Translations under genes and position numbers: made by a program
NCBI GenBank assembly: GCA_040830765.1
Contig: JBFOMH010000028.1
Coordinates: 31,089 to 95,088 of the forward strand
Direction: 5' to 3'
Origin: Puniceicoccaceae bacterium
Lineage (GTDB): Bacteria > Verrucomicrobiota > Verrucomicrobiia > Opitutales > Oceanipulchritudinaceae
Length of the DNA stretch: 64,000 nt
Part shown: in pieces, positions 57,854 to 64,000 of the stretch
How the letters are laid out: every line of letters begins with the position of its first letter
How positions within the stretch are numbered: position 1 is the stretch's first letter
The notes under the pieces: model-generated
What the model was told of the DNA's origin: nothing
Databases searched by the model: none
Seen by the model: the letters and a program-made list of their open reading frames with translations, nothing else

Positions 57854-58714
57854 TTACCAGCCGTAAATCTCAATCCCGGCGGCGGCGGCCTGCTGCAGGA
57901 GTGATTGCTTGCCGAGCATGACAACCCGGTCCGCCTCGAGGGCCGCGGTGGTAATGCCACTGGCTTCCATCGATTCCAGGGTCCGTTCACCAAATACCGG
58001 CCAGTCAAAGTGCGGATTCTGGTCCGGCTTGGCGCATTTGACGAAAATGAGCTGGTCGGTCTTGTACTTGTTGGCCCGGGCCAGCATGTCGTCCGTCCCC
58101 TCGAAGGCTTCAACGGCAAGGACCGTCCCTTTGCGGACAACCACCCCCTGTCCAATATCCAGCCGGGCGACCTCCTTGGCCATCCGGATACCAAAGTCCA
58201 TATGGTCTTTCTTGGCATGGAGCTTGCCGGGGGTCATCAACCCGCGGGTGCTGAGGGAAGCGTCGAGGAAAGCCCGGGCATCGAGCATCTGGACCCCGAT
58301 TTTTTCGATCTCAGAAGTAATGGCACCAAAGATAGTATGGGCGTTGCGCTCCTTGAGGCTGGCCAGAAGGGTCAGTGCCTTGACGTCGGGGGTGAGATCG
58401 CGGAAGAGCTTGCCCGGGGAGACCTGCCCGACAAAGAGGGCATAGCTGGCTTCCAGCTTGCGAAGGGACTTTAGCATCTTGCCAATCTGGCCGACTTTGA
58501 TGAGCTCCCGTTCGGTTTCCGGGAAGGACTCAATTAGCTCCGGCCGGGTTTCCCCTTGCAGGGCGACGAGGCGGACTGGAACGCCCGCTGCCCGGATGGC
58601 CTCGACCGTCAGGACGGGATAGTCCCGCTGGCCGGCAATGACGGCGACCGGCCGGGTCGGGTCAAAGTCGGCGGGCAGAAATTGGGATCCGGTGGAATCA
58701 GCCACGAACGACAA
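57854..58714 (-). CDS. lpxI: UDP-2,3-diacylglucosamine diphosphatase LpxI
   Basis: [38 protein letters not shown]. Confidence 0.88.
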   Translation of the reverse strand: MSFVADSTGSQFLPADFDPTRPVAVIAGQRDYPVLTVEAIRAAGVPVRLVALQGETRPELIESFPETERELIKVGQIGKMLKSLRKLEASYALFVGQVSPGKLFRDLTPDVKALTLLASLKERNAHTIFGAITSEIEKIGVQMLDARAFLDASLSTRGLMTPGKLHAKKDHMDFGIRMAKEVARLDIGQGVVVRKGTVLAVEAFEGTDDMLARANKYKTDQLIFVKCAKPDQNPHFDWPVFGERTLESMEASGITTAALEADRVVMLGKQSLLQQAAAAGIEIYGW

Positions 58715-61268
58715 CGTTGAGGATTTTTCCCGGAACGTAAATCACTTTGACGATCTGCTTGCCCTCGATGTGCGCCGCCACCTTGGCATTGGCCATGGCG
58801 GCTTCCATGGCGGCGTCCTGGGTAGCCGTCTTGTGAATCATGGTTTCACCACGCGCCTTGCCATTGACCAGCAGGCCGATCGAGACCTCATCCGTCTTGA
58901 GGAGCGACTCGTCGTATTCCGGCCAGCCGGCATTGACGACCGAGCCGGTTCCCCCGAGCTTGCTCCATGCCTCTTCGGCGAGGTGCGGGGCCAGCGGCGC
59001 CAGCAAACGGATGAAATCGCGTGCGGTATCAACACTGACCTGCTCCTCCTTGGCGAGCTGGTTCATGAAAATCATCATCTGGGAGAGCGCCGTGTTGTAG
59101 CGGATGTTCTCGTAGTCGTTGGTGACCTTCTTGATTGTCTCGTGAAGGACCCGCAGGAGGGCCGGCGAGTCCTTGGCATCGGCGGAAATCTTTTCCGGCG
59201 AGCCGACAAATTCACGCCAGACCTTGCGCAGGAAGCGATGGACGCCCTCGATGCCCTGGGCGTTCCATGGCTTCTTGTCTTCCAGGGGGCCCATGAACAT
59301 GAGGTAGGCCCGCAGGCTGTCCGCGCCATGGCTCTCGATGTAGTCATCGGGATTGGCGACGTTCCCCCGGCTCTTGGACATCTTTTCACCGTCCTCGCCA
59401 AGGATGATGCCCTGGTGAAAGAGCTTCTTGAACGGCTCTGGTTCCTTGACGACCCCAAGGTCGAGCAGGAAGAGGTGCCAGAAGCGGGCATAGAGCAGGT
59501 GCAGCACAGCGTGTTCGGCCCCACCGAGATAAAAATCGGGGACACCCCAGTAATCACAGGCCTCCTCCGAGAGGATGGCCTCCGTGTTGGACGGATCGAG
59601 GTAGCGCAGGTAATACCAGCAGCTTCCCGCCCATTGCGGCATGGTGTTAGTCTCGCGCCGGGCGGCTACCCATGCATCGCCTTCCGGCTTGTCCCCGCTT
59701 TGCGGCCGGCCTTCGCCGGTCTCGAGGTTGAACCAGATATTGACCCATTCGCTGTTGTTGGCGAGGGGACTTTCCCCGGTTCCGGACGGCTGGTAATTGT
59801 CGGTCTGCGGCAACTCCAGTGGGAGGGCGCTGTCGGGCAGGGGCAGGGCGAAGTATGGTTCGCCTTTCTCCGAGTAGGTGACCGGTTCCTCCGGCAGGAG
59901 GCGGGTCACGGCGGTCTCGCGATCCTTGACCGACTCCCAGGTAGCGGCATCCACCCAGACAACCGGGAAGGGTTCGCCCCAGTAACGCTGGCGGGAAAAG
60001 AGCCAGTCGCGCAGCTTGTAATTGACGGCGGCTTCGCCTTTTCCGGACTCGGCCAGCTGGGCGATGATCTTTTCCTTCCCCTCGACGCTGCCCAGCCCGG
60101 TGAATTCACCGCTGTTGATCATGGTACCAACGCCGGTGAAGGCGGTGCCTTCCGGTACCTCGGTCCCTTCCGGAGGCTGGATGACCTCGATGATCGGCAG
60201 GTCAAAGGTGGTGGCAAACTCATGGTCGCGCTCATCGTGGGCCGGGACGGCCATGATGGCGCCGGTTCCGTAGCTCATGAGGACATAGTCGGCTATCCAC
60301 ACGGGGATTCGCTCACTGTTGACCGGATTGATGGCATAGCTGCCGGTGAAAACACCTGTCTTTTCCTTGGCCAGTTCGGTACGCATGAGATCGCTCTTGG
60401 AGGCGGCTGCTTTGATGTAGTCACTGACCGCTGCTTCCTGCTCCGGCTTGGTCAGCTTGGCAACCAGCGGATGTTCGGGAGCAAGCACCATATAGGTGGC
60501 CCCGAAGAGGGTGTCCGGGCGAGTGGTATAGACAGTGATGGAATCGCCTTCTTCAAGATCGAAGGTAACGTTGCCACCGGTACTGCGGCCGATCCAGTTG
60601 CGCTGCATGGCCTTCGTCGAGTCCGGCCAGTCGAGGTCTTCAAGGCCATCGAGCAGACGATCCGCATAGGCGGTAATCCGCAGCACCCACTGGCGCAAGT
60701 TGCGGCGCTCCACGGGATGGCCGCCAACTTCGGATTTGCCGTCAATGACCTCCTCATTGGCCAATACGGTCCCGAGGGCCGGGCACCAGTTGACCGGGCG
60801 TTCATCGACGTAGGCAAGGTTGTGCTGGAACAGCTTCTGGAAAATCCACTGGGTCCAGCGGAAATAGTTCGGGTCTGTGGTGTTGATTTCCCGGGACCAG
60901 TCAAGCGCCAGTCCCAAAGCGCTCAGTTGGCGCCGGAACGTCTTGATGTTCTCACGGGTGGTGATCGCGGGATGGGTGCCGGTCTTGACGGCATATTGTT
61001 CGGCGGGAAGGCCAAAGGCATCCCAGCCCATCGGGTGGAGCATATTAAAGCCACGTGCCAGCTTGTAGCGCCCAAGAACATCACTCCCGACAAAATTCTC
61101 AACATGGCCGGTATGCAGCCCCGCCCCGCTGGGGTAGGGAAACATGTCCAGCAGGTAGTACTTTGGCTTATCGGATTGGGTTGGGGCGGAGAATGTGGCC
61201 TCCTTCTCCCAAAACTGTTGCCATCGGTTTTCAATTTCCGTGAATGGGTATACTTTATCTTTATCCAT
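58698..61268 (-). CDS. leuS: Leucine--tRNA ligase
   Basis: [55 protein letters not shown]. Confidence 0.98.
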   Translation of the reverse strand: MDKDKVYPFTEIENRWQQFWEKEATFSAPTQSDKPKYYLLDMFPYPSGAGLHTGHVENFVGSDVLGRYKLARGFNMLHPMGWDAFGLPAEQYAVKTGTHPAITTRENIKTFRRQLSALGLALDWSREINTTDPNYFRWTQWIFQKLFQHNLAYVDERPVNWCPALGTVLANEEVIDGKSEVGGHPVERRNLRQWVLRITAYADRLLDGLEDLDWPDSTKAMQRNWIGRSTGGNVTFDLEEGDSITVYTTRPDTLFGATYMVLAPEHPLVAKLTKPEQEAAVSDYIKAAASKSDLMRTELAKEKTGVFTGSYAINPVNSERIPVWIADYVLMSYGTGAIMAVPAHDERDHEFATTFDLPIIEVIQPPEGTEVPEGTAFTGVGTMINSGEFTGLGSVEGKEKIIAQLAESGKGEAAVNYKLRDWLFSRQRYWGEPFPVVWVDAATWESVKDRETAVTRLLPEEPVTYSEKGEPYFALPLPDSALPLELPQTDNYQPSGTGESPLANNSEWVNIWFNLETGEGRPQSGDKPEGDAWVAARRETNTMPQWAGSCWYYLRYLDPSNTEAILSEEACDYWGVPDFYLGGAEHAVLHLLYARFWHLFLLDLGVVKEPEPFKKLFHQGIILGEDGEKMSKSRGNVANPDDYIESHGADSLRAYLMFMGPLEDKKPWNAQGIEGVHRFLRKVWREFVGSPEKISADAKDSPALLRVLHETIKKVTNDYENIRYNTALSQMMIFMNQLAKEEQVSVDTARDFIRLLAPLAPHLAEEAWSKLGGTGSVVNAGWPEYDESLLKTDEVSIGLLVNGKARGETMIHKTATQDAAMEAAMANAKVAAHIEGKQIVKVIYVPGKILNVVVRG

Positions 61269-61287
61269 TGAATTACCCCCTGAAATC

Positions 61288-62691
61288 ATGAGTAAAAACA
61301 GCGGAGATTGGTCAACTAACTGCCAGAGGTCAACGCCACAGCATCTGAAACTGGCCTTGGCCCTGATGGCCGGCCTGGTCGCCCTCGCAGGTTGTGAGAC
61401 TGTTTCGGTAAAGGATCCCGGCGAGGCAGCGGGTTTCCAGAACCTGCTCGACTCTGTGGTCCGCCTCGATGTCCGGGAAGCCAGCTACAGCATGGGCATG
61501 AAGCAGACCGTCCGCGGTGTCGGCAGCGGGGTCATTTTGGACGAGGACGGGTATATCCTGACCAACGCCCACGTCATCGGCTCCAATGTTGAGGAAATCA
61601 TGGTTACCCTGCCGAACCTTGAGCGGGTCGAGGCCGAGCTGGTGGGTTGGGACCATTGGACGGATCTCGCGCTGGTCCGGCTGGACATGGAAACCGTCCG
61701 CGAACGCGGCTTGAGTTTCTCCCATAGTGAATTTGGGGATTCGGACTCCCTCTATCCGGGACAGACCGTGTATGCCGTTGGGACCCCGAACGGCCTCACC
61801 CGAACCGTGACCCGGGGCATTATTTCCAACCAGAATCGTTATTTTGCCGCCTCCAACCAGATTCGGGGCTACGAGACAGGCTACTTCAACACGTGGTTGC
61901 AGACTGATGCCGCCATCAATCCCGGTAACAGCGGAGGACCATTGGTGGATGACGATGGACGGGTTGTCGGTATCAACACCCGCAGCTATCTGGGTTCAAA
62001 TAATCTTTCTTTCGCGGTTCCGACCAAAATCGCCCTTGAGGTCATTCCATGGCTCAAGGAGAGCGGCCGGGTGACGCGTTCCTATACCGGTCTGAAGCCG
62101 GCACCGCTCCAGGACCTGGAGTCATTCTACGGGTTGGATGCCAATGTCGGGATGTTGATCGAGAGCGTCGATCCCGGTTCCCCGTCCGACGAGGCCGGCC
62201 TGCGGGCGGGCGATGTCATCCTTGAGATGAATGGCGAGTCACTCGATGTCCGCTTCCCGGAGCAGATGCCCCCGGTGCTGCATACGATTTCTGAATTTCC
62301 CATCGGGACGACAATCAATCTGGTTGTCCAGCGCAACGGCAACCGCAAGGAACTGGAAGTCGTCACCGAAAAACTGGAAAGTCGGGTCGGGGAACGCTGG
62401 GCCTTTGAGAAGTGGGGTATCAGTGTCGAGGATGTGAGCCGTGCCTATGCCCGCGAGATGCAATTGAAAAACGATGAAGGCGTTCTCGTCACGGGTGTCC
62501 AGCAAGCCTTTCCGGCCGAGAAGTCAGGTATCGGTCCGGGTGACATCGTATTGTCCGTGAACCGTGAAAAAGTTGATTCACTGGATGTCTTGAAGACCTT
62601 TTACGAGACCTATGAGGAGAATCCGGAGAAAGTGCTTCTCGAAGTGTGGCGGAACCACCGGCTAAGCTTTCACGTTCTGGAGCCACGGTAG
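61288..62691 (+). CDS. HtrA-family trypsin-like protease with two PDZ domains, probable lipoprotein
   Basis: LAGC lipobox; [32 protein letters not shown]. Confidence 0.9.
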   Translation: MSKNSGDWSTNCQRSTPQHLKLALALMAGLVALAGCETVSVKDPGEAAGFQNLLDSVVRLDVREASYSMGMKQTVRGVGSGVILDEDGYILTNAHVIGSNVEEIMVTLPNLERVEAELVGWDHWTDLALVRLDMETVRERGLSFSHSEFGDSDSLYPGQTVYAVGTPNGLTRTVTRGIISNQNRYFAASNQIRGYETGYFNTWLQTDAAINPGNSGGPLVDDDGRVVGINTRSYLGSNNLSFAVPTKIALEVIPWLKESGRVTRSYTGLKPAPLQDLESFYGLDANVGMLIESVDPGSPSDEAGLRAGDVILEMNGESLDVRFPEQMPPVLHTISEFPIGTTINLVVQRNGNRKELEVVTEKLESRVGERWAFEKWGISVEDVSRAYAREMQLKNDEGVLVTGVQQAFPAEKSGIGPGDIVLSVNREKVDSLDVLKTFYETYEENPEKVLLEVWRNHRLSFHVLEPR

Positions 62692-62712
62692 AACACGGGA
62701 GGATACTTGGAT

Positions 62713-62900
62713 ACCCGGGTTGAAACCCGGGTCTATATATCTCATCATCCCGACGGGATGATGTAGGCTAAGCCCCGTGTTTCAACGCGGGGCGATGGAT
62801 ATGTCTCAACTGGAGAACCCGGGTTAAAACCCGGGTCTATATATCTCATCATCCCGACGGGATGATGTAGGCTAAGCCACGTGTTTCAACGCGGGGCGAT
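62713..62900. repeat. BIME-like tandem duplication of an 84-bp unit of REP-like palindromes
   Basis: Copies at 62713-62796 and 62817-62900; each has acccgggtt(g/a)aaacccgggt, catcatcccg-a-cgggatgatg, cc(c/a)cgtgtttcaacgcgggg. Confidence 0.9.
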
Positions 62901-62923
62901 AACGCCGGACGCTGGCACGTGTT

Positions 62924-63250
62924 TTAACGCGAGGACGATTTACGGCCCCGTTGGGCCCTGCTGGCCTTGGCAAGGTGCTTCTCAAACATCGGCTGGATAG
63001 TAGACTCGATGTGGTCAAAGGCAGCCTGGAGGCCCTTTTCCTTGTAGATAAGGCCAATACCGGCCTCCACCTTGGTCGGTTCGCCAAGGGCCTGGAGGAA
63101 AGCATTGGAAGTCAGGCGGACAAACAGCTCCTGCCGGCTGAAAAGCGGGTGGGGCGGTTGCTGCAGGAGCCATTCCCGGGCATAGAGGGCCAGCACGGCA
63201 TCGCCGGTCCAGGCAAGGTCCCTTGTTTCGCGGGTCTGCATGCTGTCCAT
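62924..63250 (-). CDS. Very small RNase III-domain protein (mini-III-like)
   Basis: [12 protein letters not shown] resembles the RNase III signature; LTSNAFL and VEAGIGLIY follow; no dsRBD. Confidence 0.65.
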   Translation of the reverse strand: MDSMQTRETRDLAWTGDAVLALYAREWLLQQPPHPLFSRQELFVRLTSNAFLQALGEPTKVEAGIGLIYKEKGLQAAFDHIESTIQPMFEKHLAKASRAQRGRKSSSR

Positions 63251-63350
63251 CAATGGGGTTGCAGGCTGTCGAGGCAAGGCCGGAACCGCCAAGGCGTTGA
63301 CATTAACGTCTCAAGCTGATTTTTCAGTTCCTGAACTAACCCCCGAAAAT

Positions 63351-64000
63351 ATGAATACCATCAAATACCAGCTCAACGATGATCAACTCCCCGCGACATG
63401 GTACAACCTGTGTGCGGACCTCCCTGAAGCCCTTCCGCCGGTGCTGCACCCGGGAACCGGCGAGCCGATTTCCCCGGACGACCTGGCCCCGCTGTTCCCG
63501 CCGGCCCTGATCGAGCAGGAAGTCAGTACCGAGCGCTGGATTGAGATCCCCGAGCCAGTCCGGCAGATACTTTTGCAATGGCGCTGCACGCCGCTCTACC
63601 GGGCCCGCAACCTCGAGAAGGCCCTCGATACGCCGGCTAAAATCTACTACAAGTACGAGGGCGTCAGTCCCAGCGGATCGCACAAGCCGAATACCTCCGT
63701 GGCGCAGGCCTTCTACAATAAGGAAGCTGGTATCAAGAAAATTACTACGGAAACCGGTGCTGGCCAGTGGGGATCCTCCCTGGCTCTGGCTTGTGAGATG
63801 TTCGGACTGGAGTGCCTGGTCTACATGGTAAAGGTCAGTTTCAACCAGAAGCCCTATCGTCGAGCCTTCATGGAAACCTTCGGGGCGAAGTGTATTGCCA
63901 GTCCCAGTACAACAACCGCCTCAGGGCGGGCCATTCTGGAGGATGATCCTGATTGTACCGGATCCCTTGGGATTGCTATTTCCGAGGCGGTTGAGGTGGC
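63351..64000 (+). CDS. trpB2: TrpB-like PLP enzyme (TrpB2), 3' truncated
   Basis: Manual translation: [67 protein letters not shown]. Confidence 0.92.
   Translation, partial: MNTIKYQLNDDQLPATWYNLCADLPEALPPVLHPGTGEPISPDDLAPLFPPALIEQEVSTERWIEIPEPVRQILLQWRCTPLYRARNLEKALDTPAKIYYKYEGVSPSGSHKPNTSVAQAFYNKEAGIKKITTETGAGQWGSSLALACEMFGLECLVYMVKVSFNQKPYRRAFMETFGAKCIASPSTTTASGRAILEDDPDCTGSLGIAISEAVEV

Noticed and set aside
58638..61271. 877-aa ORF on the plus strand
   Set aside because: Antisense shadow of leuS; no recognisable motifs; expected from codon bias in GC-rich genes.
62713..62900. Possible CRISPR array
   Set aside because: Two 84-bp units built of palindromes; fits BIME/REP, not repeat-spacer structure.

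Overview
A mostly housekeeping 64-kb stretch of a GC-rich bacterial chromosome, probably Verrucomicrobiota/Opitutales. This assignment is inferred from the long PVC-type GreA, type II glutamine synthetase, lpxI and ole genes. It carries envelope genes (bamA end, skp, lpxD, lptF/G, lpxI, two HtrA proteases), prs, ndk, ispDF/ispE, ptsI, glnS, hisS, leuS, purEK, oleC/oleD and trpB2, plus tRNA-Met, tRNA-Val, a likely 6S RNA and several families of intergenic palindromic repeats. The standout is a compact module at 12546-18279. A 61-aa secreted-looking peptide gene sits just upstream of a miniature stand-alone YcaO-like enzyme. Both are divergent from a beta-propeller/Y_Y_Y hybrid histidine kinase, which converges on a NarL/LuxR response regulator. 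The kinase's extracellular sensor contains a ~480-bp AT-rich patch. Together this suggests a RiPP-type peptide-signalling (quorum-sensing-like) system with a swappable sensor. A second candidate is a sigma54-promoter-driven ~80-nt sRNA (34266-34346) whose apical loop is complementary to the leader of glnII, which also has a sigma54-type promoter. All calls are from reading the sequence by eye; no database searches were run.
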